Below, piece by piece: positions 1 to 9,109 of a DNA stretch of 64,000 nucleotides. Within the stretch, counting starts at the first letter, position 1. Each line of letters starts with the position of its first letter. Made by a program: the position numbers and the translations under genes. Under the pieces are notes generated by a model. The model saw only the letters and a program-made list of their open reading frames with translations, had not been told where the DNA came from and ran no database searches. This DNA comes from a virus, in IMG/VR virus record IMGVR_UViG_3300005265_000433, positions 3,790 through 67,789 of that record. One strand, given 5' to 3'.

Positions 1-54
1 CCACCTTTCTATGAATGATATGGTTCTATTTCGTATTTCATTCCATGTAATCAT
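1..54 (-). CDS. 5' end (partial) of a probable MmeI/YeeA-family DNA methyltransferase or type IIL R-M protein
   Basis: Manual translation MITWNEIRNRTISFIERW with AAGGA SD. Resembles the 'SWNEI..RA..F...W' N-terminus of MmeI-like enzymes. Only 18 codons are visible. Confidence 0.45.
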   Translation of the reverse strand, partial: MITWNEIRNRTISFIERW

Positions 55-80
55 AATTAGAGTTCCTTTTATTTTAAAAT

Positions 81-704
81 TTAAATCCTAAATACCATCG
101 CTTCCCTATATGTTGAGTTATAAGATCCATCACAAATACTTACATTCATAAAAGTAATATTTCCTAATTTTACTTTACCATAAGATTCATGAATGTGACC
201 GAAAATATGATATTTTGGTTTAATTCTTTTAACAGCATCCAAAAGATGTGGGTCTCCTTTTGGCAAACCATTAACACTATCTAATATTCCAGACGGTGGG
301 CCATGAGTTATTAAAACATCAGTATCATCATCAATTTTATCCCAAACTTTCTTTATTTGATCTAAGTCCTTCATGTAGTTCCAATTATAAAAAGTGAGTG
401 TCCATGGAGAACCATAAAACTTTACACCATTAATAACAATAGAATTATCTTCTAGATATATAATGTTATTTTTGGTGTAAAATTCTTCAATCAAATCATT
501 AGTTAAAAGTACATCATGATTTCCACTTACAAATATTTTATACTCATGAGGAAATCTAGAAATAAATTCTGATACATATTTAATTTCCCAATCATATGTA
601 GCATTTCCAAGATCCCCAGCAAAGATAAGAACATCACCATCAGGTATTTTTTTAATTGAATTAAACTGATAATGAATATCAGACGCTGCTATAATCTTCA
701 TCAT
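81..704 (-). CDS. Calcineurin-like metallophosphoesterase
   Basis: Motifs SDIH, AGD, GNHD, THGPP, GHIHE. Confidence 0.9.
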   Translation of the reverse strand: MMKIIAASDIHYQFNSIKKIPDGDVLIFAGDLGNATYDWEIKYVSEFISRFPHEYKIFVSGNHDVLLTNDLIEEFYTKNNIIYLEDNSIVINGVKFYGSPWTLTFYNWNYMKDLDQIKKVWDKIDDDTDVLITHGPPSGILDSVNGLPKGDPHLLDAVKRIKPKYHIFGHIHESYGKVKLGNITFMNVSICDGSYNSTYREAMVFRI

Positions 705-1006
705 TTTTCCTTTTCTTCTGAATATTTTAAAGATTCTGATTCTGTCATAAATGTCGAAATACCAGACGTTAAAATACTATTAACATCCATTCCCCATGTA
801 AATTCAGAACCATATTTTCTAGATTCAGATATTTTTTCTTTCATAGCAGTTTTACCAACTTCTTTAACTACCAGTTCTCCCATCATGTCATATAAGTCAT
901 ACACATGCCCTGGTTTTATAATTTCATTTTTAGTTATCACCTTACCTATTATCAAGTTATCATCTGGCCTAGTCATGAATCGACCAATAAGTTGAAACAT
1001 TATCAA
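701..1006 (-). CDS. Hypothetical protein
   Basis: 101-aa ORF overlapping its neighbours in operon fashion. Confidence 0.6.
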   Translation of the reverse strand: MIMFQLIGRFMTRPDDNLIIGKVITKNEIIKPGHVYDLYDMMGELVVKEVGKTAMKEKISESRKYGSEFTWGMDVNSILTSGISTFMTESESLKYSEEKEK

Positions 1007-1191
1007 TCTCCTTTTTCAATGGCTTCTATTTTTTTGAATTCTAAAACATCAATATCGTAAAAATAATCTAATACACCCTTTCCACCATGCCATTGTTCCA
1101 TCAAATTTTTAAATTGTTTTCTATGTATTTGATCTACTTTAGTCATCATAAAAGTTAATACTCTCATTTGTTTTTCAGCCATTTTCCTCAT
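1003..1191 (-). CDS. Hypothetical protein
   Basis: Small ORF coupled to its neighbours; true start may be MAEKQ. Confidence 0.5.
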   Translation of the reverse strand: MRKMAEKQMRVLTFMMTKVDQIHRKQFKNLMEQWHGGKGVLDYFYDIDVLEFKKIEAIEKGD

Positions 1192-1519
1192 CCCCTTTAA
1201 TAATTTGTTGAAGCATTTCTAAATTATTTTCCTTACCTCTAGCCCCAACATTCCATTTTGTTATATCTTGTAGATCTTTGCCATGTTCTTTTAAATACAG
1301 CTTAGAAATCTTCCAATCATAAATTGATATAAGATTTCCATTTTCTAACTGAATTACCCATTGATTTGCACATTTATTGTCGGCTGATGGTCCTATACCT
1401 TCTCCAAACAAACTTTTTAATTTTTCATATGTACAGGTGATTGAACCTATCATGTGACTATTAACATATCTATCCAAATTCTTTTTCAAATCTTCTTTTT
1501 CTAATACGATAAAATCCAT
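1175..1519 (-). CDS. Conserved phage hypothetical protein
   Basis: 114-aa ORF with TY..L..LFG, W, IYDWK, WNVG pattern and AAGGA SD. Confidence 0.65.
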   Translation of the reverse strand: MDFIVLEKEDLKKNLDRYVNSHMIGSITCTYEKLKSLFGEGIGPSADNKCANQWVIQLENGNLISIYDWKISKLYLKEHGKDLQDITKWNVGARGKENNLEMLQQIIKGDEENG

Positions 1520-1561
1520 TTTTAAAATATCCTTTCATTGTTAAATTAAAAAAATAAATAG

Positions 1562-1647
1562 CTCCGGTAAATTATACCGAAGACTTTTCCTGCCACCACA
1601 GGCTAATGATTTGTTCACGATGTTGGCGGCATCGTGGTTTTGTCATT
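1562..1647 (-). ncRNA. Putative structured RNA, copy 1 (kissing-loop element plus 3' hairpin)
   Basis: Minus strand: AAUGA/UCAUU stem, A-rich internal loop, CACGAUG-[CCGCCAA]-CAUCGUG, then CCUG-[UGGUGG]-CAGG with complementary loops, then CUUCGGUA/UACCGGAG hairpin and a U-tract. Confidence 0.6.
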
Positions 1648-1683
1648 ATTTTTAATTTTATTTAAAAAATTTATTTAATAATT

Positions 1684-1791
1684 CTCCGATAGCAAGCCAC
1701 CGAAGCACCCCACACAATGGAGGTCTTTGTTTCCTGCTGTCACAGGAATGGGTTTTGTAGATAAAGTGACAGCTTTATCTTTTTGTCCCTT
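1684..1791 (-). ncRNA. Putative structured RNA, copy 2 (kissing-loop element plus 3' hairpin)
   Basis: Minus strand: GGG/CCC stem, ACAAAA/ACAAAA internal loop, AGAUAAAG-[CUGUCA]-CUUUAUCU, UUCCUG-[UGACAG]-CAGGAA with perfectly complementary loops, then CUUCGGUGG-CUUG-CUAUCGGAG. Confidence 0.6.
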
Positions 1792-1794
1792 ACA

Positions 1795-1828
1795 ATTGAT
1801 TAAACAAATAAGTAGTTGTTTAATCAAT
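1795..1828. repeat. Perfect 13-bp inverted repeat
   Basis: attgattaaacaa-N8-ttgtttaatcaat. Confidence 0.8.
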
Positions 1829-1844
1829 AATTAATATATATAGT
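1829..1844 (-). promoter_or_regulatory. Putative class-A (early/middle) promoter motif ACTATATATATTAATT
   Basis: Recurs at 9188, 55248 and 57572, always upstream of minus-strand non-structural units. Confidence 0.55.
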
Positions 1845-1879
1845 CTTTTTCAAAAACGTATATTTTATCTTGCAAAATT

Positions 1880-1890
1880 AGAACAAAATA
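1880..1890 (+). promoter_or_regulatory. Putative class-B (late) promoter motif AGAACAAAATA
   Basis: Exact 11-mer seen 7 times, each time just upstream of a gene start. Confidence 0.6.
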
Positions 1891-1931
1891 AAAAGGAATT
1901 AACAATTTTTAAAAAATGAAGGAGTGTTGAA

Positions 1932-2126
1932 GTGCCAATTTATATTTTTGAATGTAATAAATGTAAGAATAATTTTGAAGTTTATCAAAAAAATATAAAA
2001 GATTCTTTTAATTATACTTGCCCCAAATGTAAAAATTCAGATGTCAAAAAGGTTATGACGCCTACATCTTTTATTTTAAAAGGTAGTGGATGGGCACGTG
2101 ATAACTATACATCAAAAAAATCTTGA
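1932..2126 (+). CDS. FmdB-family zinc-ribbon protein
   Basis: MPIY.F.C..C...FE, CPKC, F.LKGSGW..D.Y signature. Confidence 0.85.
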   Translation: MPIYIFECNKCKNNFEVYQKNIKDSFNYTCPKCKNSDVKKVMTPTSFILKGSGWARDNYTSKKS

Positions 2127-2138
2127 AGGAGAAGAAAA

Positions 2139-2450
2139 ATGGCTAACAAAGTAAAATTAGGAAAATTTAAATTAGCGTCAATTGCTTGGTCAACATATAA
2201 AAAACTGACTGCGTGGTGGAAGATATCATCAGTTGATGGAGAAATAGACGTTACAGAGTTCAGTTCTTTATGGGAAGTATTTGCTGAAATTTATGAAGAA
2301 ATAACTGATAAAAAATTATCAGTTAAAATTCCAGAAGTTAAAGATTTAAAAACAGATGAAGGAAAAGTTAAGAGAAATATAAAAATCCGGGAGGAATCCG
2401 TTGAAGAAGAAAAAGAAGATAAACCCATGGAATCATCTGGCGATTTTTAA
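2139..2450 (+). CDS. Hypothetical protein
   Basis: 103-aa ORF with AAGGAG SD. Confidence 0.65.
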   Translation: MANKVKLGKFKLASIAWSTYKKLTAWWKISSVDGEIDVTEFSSLWEVFAEIYEEITDKKLSVKIPEVKDLKTDEGKVKRNIKIREESVEEEKEDKPMESSGDF

Positions 2451-3028
2451 TGGCTAAATCATCCATCAATATTTGGGATGAAATATCAAAAGAATTAAAG
2501 GAAACATATCCAACTCTATCGAAATATTTGAAAACTAATTATGCTCATCTCGTAAAAGATAGTTTTTATAAAGTTTTCAATAGTGACGATGTAAAACATA
2601 TGTTGTGGGTCATACATATGAATAATGATGTTACGAAAGAATCATTAGACATGGTCAATAGTTTATTCTTGGCTAAAGTAAAAACTTTAAAGCAAGAAAA
2701 GAAACAAGTAGAAAGAGTTGAAAAAATGCAAAAATCTAATTTAAATAAACAAAATATGCAAATTGATAAACCACAAAAGCCAAAAAATTTAATTGGTGTA
2801 AATAGGTATATACTAGCATGGGTTGTTGTTTTAGGTTTTTATATTTTAACTTATTTTTTAATGACTAAAGCAATACCAAAGGAATCAAATCAAGTTGTAT
2901 TTATGTTATTTGGTTCTATATCAACTGGTTTTGGAACCGTTCTTGCTTACTTCTTTGGTAGTTCACAAGGTAGTGAAGCAAAAACAGAAATGTTAAAGGA
3001 TGCGCCACCTCCAAATAAAACAAAATAA
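2450..3028 (+). CDS. Membrane protein with a holin-like C-terminal domain
   Basis: Two hydrophobic helices followed by YFFGSSQGS..K, a pattern typical of phage holin-like proteins. Confidence 0.55.
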   Translation: MAKSSINIWDEISKELKETYPTLSKYLKTNYAHLVKDSFYKVFNSDDVKHMLWVIHMNNDVTKESLDMVNSLFLAKVKTLKQEKKQVERVEKMQKSNLNKQNMQIDKPQKPKNLIGVNRYILAWVVVLGFYILTYFLMTKAIPKESNQVVFMLFGSISTGFGTVLAYFFGSSQGSEAKTEMLKDAPPPNKTK

Positions 3029-3042
3029 ACATAGGAAATTAT

Positions 3043-3504
3043 ATGAAATTTTTAAAAAAATTATTTAAAAGAAAATCAAACATATGTATAAAAAGTAATA
3101 ACAATTCCTTGACAATAGGTGGTCCAAAACAATCAATACGTTTATATTTAAATGACAACAATGATTTAAATATAAAAGTTTTTGGTAATATTGAACTGGA
3201 TGTTAATGGAGAAATGAGTATTTTATCAAGTGGTGATTTTTCGATTGATACAATAAATTCAAAATTATATTTTAATTCTAAAATGTCATCTCAAATTAGA
3301 AATAATAAATCTTCAATTGAGTATAGAAAAAGACAAGAAAATAATGTTAAACAGTTATTGAGCAAAGCTGAAGAAGCAACAAAAGTATTAGAAAGTATTG
3401 ATGCTGGTACTCCTATTACACAAGATCAAAAAGATATTATTGATATTGTAAGACAACAACAAACAGAGGTTTTACAAAATCTTAAAAAACAAATAAGGGA
3501 ATAA
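3043..3504 (+). CDS. Hypothetical virion protein with gp5-like beta-helix repeats
   Basis: 8-residue repeats DLNIKVFG/NIELDVNG/EMSILSSG, then a helical C-terminus. Confidence 0.45.
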   Translation: MKFLKKLFKRKSNICIKSNNNSLTIGGPKQSIRLYLNDNNDLNIKVFGNIELDVNGEMSILSSGDFSIDTINSKLYFNSKMSSQIRNNKSSIEYRKRQENNVKQLLSKAEEATKVLESIDAGTPITQDQKDIIDIVRQQQTEVLQNLKKQIRE

Positions 3505-3508
3505 TAAT

Positions 3509-4600
3509 ATGGGTTTACAGGAGATGCCAACTGGTTCTGGTGCAATTGCTTTTATATCTCTATTGCATTTAGCTGGATTAAAGAAAAAAAGAAAAGCTAT
3601 AATTGATAATGTATTTTCTAAATTTTTTAAAAATTCAGATAGAAAAAGTGAATGGGGTAAGATATCAAGCGTAATATCTTCACATAGTATACAAAAAGTA
3701 ATACCTACAGGTTCAACTCCTTCAAAAAGTTCTCGTTCTGGGGATACTCAAAATACTCCATTTAATATTGACCAATCTGTAAATAGCTTAATGGTGATGT
3801 GGGCAGATGCAAAAAATAATAATTTATTTTTAAATAGTATTGTTGAAGAAAATATGAAAATTGAAGCTGATAATACAGGTAGAGAGAAAGAAGTTATAGC
3901 TGCCACACGGATGTGGAATGCCGTTTGTTATGCATATGAATCAATTCATGAAATTGAAGAAACAGTAAAAACTTTAGCTTCAATAATATCAGCCCATAAA
4001 TATGGAAAAGAAAAAATTAAGAATACTACAAGTCCAGCACAATTACATTTTTTTGGTGAAGATTATATTCATGGAACTTTAATTGATGCACATAATCCAG
4101 TTATGGATTCTACACCCACATTCCCAGTAGAAGGTTCCTCTTATCAAATTATGGCAGTAAATGAAGATGATGAACATGAGCCTTTTGGTAATAGATTAAT
4201 GCCAAGTGGAACATATGATGCTGAAGATGAATATTATGGACCAGATTCTCTTAGAGTTGTTCCATGGGATTCATTAAAGTTTTTTGATCATGAATTTTCT
4301 ATTTTGGAAGGTAATCCTTTAGATTTTTTATATGACAACATAGATATAAATATTCAATTTTATCCCGGTGAATATTATGGACAAGGTAATGTAATAAGTA
4401 CATCAGGTGAATTTGAGACAATAGATATTCCCCAAGGTGGTTTTGGTGTTTTGGTATTATTATCAAATAATTCTATGCCTCTTATAACTGAATGGAAAAG
4501 ACCCACAGTTTCATCATTTTTCTATAATGGTTTTAATCCAGGTATTGGTTGGACGGGTAGCGATATAATATTTATGTATCGAAAGTTTACGAGGATTTAA
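3509..4600 (+). CDS. Hypothetical (probable virion) protein; N-terminus paralogous to the next gene
   Basis: 363-aa ORF; visible similarity to the N-terminus of 4603..7518. Confidence 0.65.
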   Translation: MGLQEMPTGSGAIAFISLLHLAGLKKKRKAIIDNVFSKFFKNSDRKSEWGKISSVISSHSIQKVIPTGSTPSKSSRSGDTQNTPFNIDQSVNSLMVMWADAKNNNLFLNSIVEENMKIEADNTGREKEVIAATRMWNAVCYAYESIHEIEETVKTLASIISAHKYGKEKIKNTTSPAQLHFFGEDYIHGTLIDAHNPVMDSTPTFPVEGSSYQIMAVNEDDEHEPFGNRLMPSGTYDAEDEYYGPDSLRVVPWDSLKFFDHEFSILEGNPLDFLYDNIDINIQFYPGEYYGQGNVISTSGEFETIDIPQGGFGVLVLLSNNSMPLITEWKRPTVSSFFYNGFNPGIGWTGSDIIFMYRKFTRI

Positions 4601-4602
4601 TA

Positions 4603-7518
4603 ATGGCAACACAAGAAATTAATTGTTCATCATCTGCTTTATATATCTTAGGTGTATATAAAATATATCAAAATAGTAAAGAAATTATAGATATGATTTC
4701 TAAAACTATTGCTCCTACAATAAAAGGTTTTGATGATAATAATCCAGAAAGTTGGAATTGGAATAACTGGGAAATTTTAAGACAATCTTTTGCAGCTTAT
4801 GATACACAAAAAAATTTAAGTCAAGGGGGTACATCAAAATCAAAGGATTCAAATGATAGCTCTAAGCTTATGATTCAAATTTCAAAACAACCAGGAGTAT
4901 TAGTACAAATATATAATATATTAAAAGATAATCAATTATTAAAAAATCCAGAAGAGTATAAAATTGTATTTGAATTTGATGAGGAATTAGAAAAAAATAT
5001 ACCTTTTTGGAAATCATTTGTTACTTATTATGAGAACATAATTCAAAAATATCATCAACACATAATGTTTTTGTATACTATTATACCTTTGTTAAATTCA
5101 CCCTTTCAAAGAAGTGTTTCAATGGGTCAGTTGAAGGTTTTTGATTCTATCACAATTAAAAATAATTTATCAATAACTGCTAAATATATTCCAGATATTG
5201 AAGTGCCAAAACCCAGAGTACATGGAAAACCTATAACTCTAGTTAATCATGGTGAATATTCCTGGAATAGTTCAATCGAATATGATAATTGGTTAACTGA
5301 ATTAAATGATCCAGAGTATAAACCACCTACCCAAGAAATGATTAAATTATCAGATTTGGCTAGATATCATAGAATTCCAATTGGAACATTGTATTATTTA
5401 TTTAATAGTGTTACTTCAAAAATAGTATTTAAAAATTGGAGAAATATCCTTTTATTTGGTGATCCACCTAATTATCAATTTTCTTCTCAAATAATATCAC
5501 ATACATTAACACAAGGTGATATTGATAATATGTATTTTATGTTTAGTGGTATTAATTCTGGTTATTATGTTTATTATTGTGAGTGTGCAACAAATGTACA
5601 AACTAATACAGGACTACCAAATTGTTTTGGAATGTACCTTTCAGATGTATGCACAAATTGTTCTCAAAGAAATGAGTGTCGATCATTTAATAATTATTTA
5701 TACCCATCAAATTTACATTCATATTATTCAACTATATTTAATATTTTACCTGAACAACAATCTAATTTAGTTGCTGGTGATACCATTAGATTACTTTTAA
5801 TTCTTGTTAAATTATGTACCTCATGTGGTTCAAATACTATGGTACTTGATAATTCTGAATGGAATTATAATTATAAGTCTGGTGGTTTTAGTGGGGCTAA
5901 TTCTACAGGTGGTTCAGGTTCTAGTGGTAGTGGTAGTGGTTCAAGTTCTAGTGGTTCAAGTTCTAGTGGTAGTTCATCTGGAGGGTTAAGTGGTGGAGAC
6001 GTGCCTGCCTATCCTGGTGGTTTTGAAGGGGGTTATACTGGAGGCACTAATGATGATGGTGGAACAGGTAGTGGTGGTTATGGAGGTGGAGGAAGTTCAA
6101 CAGGAAGTTCCTCTAGTGGTGGAAGCACAGGTGGAAGTTCAAGTAGACCAGGTGCTTTAATTTGGGATAATGTGGAAGGTGAAAGTTATACAGGTGGTGG
6201 TTATAGATATGATTTTGGTGCTTCATATACTGGTCCAGTACCACAAGGAAATGTTGATATAATTAATATAAGCACTGGTGCTAAAGAAAGTTATAGATAT
6301 ATGACCAGTGGAGATAATTCTGTTGTAATTCATAAAACTGGCGGAGATTTAACATTAACTTTATCTGGAACTAATAAATTAACTGGTGGTGGTTTAGTTT
6401 TAAATAGAACTACCTCTAGTTCTAGCACTGGCGGATCATATAGTGGGTCTAGTGGGGGAACATACAGTAGTGGTGGTGGAGCAGCAGTAACAAAATCACA
6501 TCAACCAATTTGGGATAATGTTGTTGGTAAAGTTTATGCTGGTACAACTGCTGATGGTATAAGATACCTTAATTTTGAATTTAGTAATACAACTGTTGGA
6601 CCTGTACCTAAAGGAACATTAACATTTCGTGATATTATACATAATGAAGTTCTTTCAACATATAATTATACATCCGGTGGTGATTATATTGTTTATATAT
6701 TTTATGAGGGTTGGGACGGATTGGGTCAAATTTGGTATTTATCAACAGATGGAAATACTTTAACATATTATCCACCTATAAATTCAGATAATTATTTAGG
6801 AATTACTAAAATAGTTATGACTAAAGGTGCAAATAGTACTGGAAGTTATACTGAAGTTTCAAATATATGTCAACCAATTTGGTATTATGTAGCAAATGAA
6901 TCATATATTTCTGAATCAAGTGTTGATCCACCACTACGTCTTGATTTTGTTGATACAGTACATAACCCTAATACTTACTGTCCAGAAGGAAAAGTAAAAA
7001 CATATAATGCTAGTACAAATGAATTAGTACTTACATCAACATATAGAAGTCTTGGTGAAACTAAAATTAGTATAAATGTTGATGGTACTGAATTACCATT
7101 TATATTAACTGGAAATAATACACTAACATGGACAGATGGAACTACCTCTATAAAGTTTATTAAAACAGGAGAAAGTAATAGTAGTTATGGTGGCCCAGGT
7201 TCTGGTAATGAACCAGAAAGAAAATGTCCCAATATTTGGGATTATGTGCAAGGTAAAACCTATATGACAGTAGGTATTGATCCACCATTGAAGCTTGTTT
7301 TTAGTGGAGCTTATTCTGGCCCATGCCCACAAGGTGCTGCTGTAGCTTATGATAATGCTGGAACCAAAATAGCTACATATTCATATATGAGTTATGCAAA
7401 TGATAATATTGAAATTACTGATAAAAATACTGGTGGGTCAATAATGTTTGTACTAACTGGAACTAATACATTAACGTGGACAGATGGTACTGATACATTA
7501 ACTTTGACAAGGATATAA
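4603..7518 (+). CDS. Putative tail fibre/adhesin-like protein with Cys-rich segment, Gly/Ser linker and four C-terminal repeats
   Basis: 971 aa; GSSSSG low-complexity tract; four IW..V.G..Y...P.G...N.LT repeats; lies just upstream of PAAR. Confidence 0.55.
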   Translation: MATQEINCSSSALYILGVYKIYQNSKEIIDMISKTIAPTIKGFDDNNPESWNWNNWEILRQSFAAYDTQKNLSQGGTSKSKDSNDSSKLMIQISKQPGVLVQIYNILKDNQLLKNPEEYKIVFEFDEELEKNIPFWKSFVTYYENIIQKYHQHIMFLYTIIPLLNSPFQRSVSMGQLKVFDSITIKNNLSITAKYIPDIEVPKPRVHGKPITLVNHGEYSWNSSIEYDNWLTELNDPEYKPPTQEMIKLSDLARYHRIPIGTLYYLFNSVTSKIVFKNWRNILLFGDPPNYQFSSQIISHTLTQGDIDNMYFMFSGINSGYYVYYCECATNVQTNTGLPNCFGMYLSDVCTNCSQRNECRSFNNYLYPSNLHSYYSTIFNILPEQQSNLVAGDTIRLLLILVKLCTSCGSNTMVLDNSEWNYNYKSGGFSGANSTGGSGSSGSGSGSSSSGSSSSGSSSGGLSGGDVPAYPGGFEGGYTGGTNDDGGTGSGGYGGGGSSTGSSSSGGSTGGSSSRPGALIWDNVEGESYTGGGYRYDFGASYTGPVPQGNVDIINISTGAKESYRYMTSGDNSVVIHKTGGDLTLTLSGTNKLTGGGLVLNRTTSSSSTGGSYSGSSGGTYSSGGGAAVTKSHQPIWDNVVGKVYAGTTADGIRYLNFEFSNTTVGPVPKGTLTFRDIIHNEVLSTYNYTSGGDYIVYIFYEGWDGLGQIWYLSTDGNTLTYYPPINSDNYLGITKIVMTKGANSTGSYTEVSNICQPIWYYVANESYISESSVDPPLRLDFVDTVHNPNTYCPEGKVKTYNASTNELVLTSTYRSLGETKISINVDGTELPFILTGNNTLTWTDGTTSIKFIKTGESNSSYGGPGSGNEPERKCPNIWDYVQGKTYMTVGIDPPLKLVFSGAYSGPCPQGAAVAYDNAGTKIATYSYMSYANDNIEITDKNTGGSIMFVLTGTNTLTWTDGTDTLTLTRI

Positions 7519-7519
7519 A

Positions 7520-7843
7520 ATGAGAGCATGTAGAATGACTGATATTCACGTGAATCCAGCAGATGTCTGTGGTTGTCCTCAATGTCCACATTATGTAACT
7601 GGGCCAATTGTAACAGGTAGTTATGATACTTATGATAATAGTTTACCAGTTGCTAGAGGGGATTTAGCAGAATTAGGCACCCATTGTTGTTGTTGTGGAA
7701 CCAATATATTTTTTACCTTATTACATTCACCAGATACATTTGTTAATAACATTGGTTGGGTTAGATTGGGGGACACTACGTTATGTTGTGGTGGGTTGGG
7801 ATTTATGGTAACAGCTAGTGCTGATACATATGTTAATGGATAA
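7520..7843 (+). CDS. PAAR-like spike-tip protein
   Basis: ACRMTD.H, GPIVTGS.DT..NSLPVAR.D, SPDTFVN...VRLGD, TAS.DTYVNG repeats. Confidence 0.85.
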   Translation: MRACRMTDIHVNPADVCGCPQCPHYVTGPIVTGSYDTYDNSLPVARGDLAELGTHCCCCGTNIFFTLLHSPDTFVNNIGWVRLGDTTLCCGGLGFMVTASADTYVNG

Positions 7844-7849
7844 ATTTGC

Positions 7850-7884
7850 AAAAAAAGATATCGAGTCTGAGGATATCTTTTTTT
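7850..7884. terminator. Bidirectional intrinsic terminator
   Basis: aaaaaaagatatc-N9-gatatcttttttt between convergent genes. Confidence 0.7.
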
Positions 7885-7890
7885 ACTTAA

Positions 7891-8106
7891 TTAATTTTTG
7901 TGAAAATTCTCATGTAAATCTTCCGCTTTCACCCAGAATGATTCACGTTTAGTTTTCCCTTCTGGATGAACACGAACTGAAAGATTATTGAAATCAACTT
8001 CACATATTATAAGATTATTTATAGGCCCATCTCTTGGACCTAATAATATTTTCCTTCCCTTTTTTATTTTAAATCTTTTTTCCAATTCAAATCTCATACA
8101 CATCAT
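7891..8106 (-). CDS. Hypothetical protein
   Basis: 71-aa ORF with SD. Confidence 0.55.
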   Translation of the reverse strand: MMCMRFELEKRFKIKKGRKILLGPRDGPINNLIICEVDFNNLSVRVHPEGKTKRESFWVKAEDLHENFHKN

Positions 8107-8118
8107 TACCTTTCACTG

Positions 8119-8760
8119 CTACCCTTTCTTCTGAATAACAAGATCCTTTATAATGTTTTTAACGCTATTTATATATTTTGTATGATTTCCACCCACATAA
8201 TATTTCAAAACTTTATCAATATCATTATTAAACTTTTTTAATAATTTATTAATGATATGATCCATACACATCACATTTAATCTCCAATTATATAGATCTT
8301 TTGCTTCAGTTAAACCTAAATACTCTAACTCATCTAACCACATTTCAGGTCTAATTTGACCAAGACCAAGTGCGCCAATTGATGAACGGGCGCATGGTCT
8401 AAAATTAGATTCCTTGGATATTATAGCAACTATTAAGTATGGATGTGCTGTTTTACGATATATAAAATCAGCATATATAATAGCAGATAAATTATCTACT
8501 CTTGTGTTATTATCATATATCCAAGAAGCAATAAGTATAATATCTTTTTTTTCTTGATTTAATTCAGTTTTAGAATTTTCTTCAGCTGTATTTGGTTCTT
8601 TAGTTTTTATTTTATTTTTTGGTTCTGTTTGATGGTGTTTAAACCATAATGGATTGGTTGATTTTATATATAACTCAGATATTCCACACATATTTAAGCC
8701 AAAAATAATAACTATAACAAACAAAATAATTATAGGTATCCACTTTTTTAAAAATTTCAT
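8119..8760 (-). CDS. Lytic transglycosylase (SLT domain) with N-terminal signal/anchor
   Basis: I..ESNF...A.S..GA.GL.QI motif; hydrophobic N-terminus. Confidence 0.85.
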   Translation of the reverse strand: MKFLKKWIPIIILFVIVIIFGLNMCGISELYIKSTNPLWFKHHQTEPKNKIKTKEPNTAEENSKTELNQEKKDIILIASWIYDNNTRVDNLSAIIYADFIYRKTAHPYLIVAIISKESNFRPCARSSIGALGLGQIRPEMWLDELEYLGLTEAKDLYNWRLNVMCMDHIINKLLKKFNNDIDKVLKYYVGGNHTKYINSVKNIIKDLVIQKKG

Positions 8761-8775
8761 AATATCTCCTTTTTA

Positions 8776-8786
8776 TATTTTGTTCT
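8776..8786 (-). promoter_or_regulatory. Class-B motif AGAACAAAATA
   Basis: Exact copy 15 nt upstream of the SLT start codon. Confidence 0.6.
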
Positions 8787-9009
8787 AATTATTATTTTTT
8801 CTAATTGTATAATGTTTAATTAAAGCAACAGTTGTTGCTACTTCAAATGCAATAGTATATTCTATAAAAATTGGAGCATACGCCCCATTTGGTATAAAGA
8901 AAAAGAAATTGTGAACTAATAACATTATCAATCCACCCACTATTCCTATCATTAAAATCATAAAAAATGCAAGTATATCGACGGGTTCTTTATCTATGGA
9001 TTTTTTCAT
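8785..9009 (-). CDS. Small two-TM membrane protein
   Basis: 74 aa with two hydrophobic segments and GGAG SD. Confidence 0.6.
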   Translation of the reverse strand: MKKSIDKEPVDILAFFMILMIGIVGGLIMLLVHNFFFFIPNGAYAPIFIEYTIAFEVATTVALIKHYTIRKNNN

Positions 9010-9070
9010 TATTCTCTCTCCATTTAAATTATTCTTATATATTTATATTAATATTTAATTATTTTAAAAA

Positions 9071-9109
9071 ATATAGCAGGCTAATATTAATTATAAAAGC
9101 CTGCTATAT
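9071..9109 (-). terminator. Hairpin, probable terminator
   Basis: atatagcaggct-N15-agcctgctatat, followed by a T-run on the minus strand. Confidence 0.65.

Noticed and set aside
1520-1930. tRNA genes or CRISPR array in the long intergenic region
   Set aside because: No cloverleaf or T-arm GTTCRA, and no identical repeats with regular spacers
5878-6145. Gly/Ser tract as a DNA-level microsatellite
   Set aside because: Codons vary; it is protein-level low complexity
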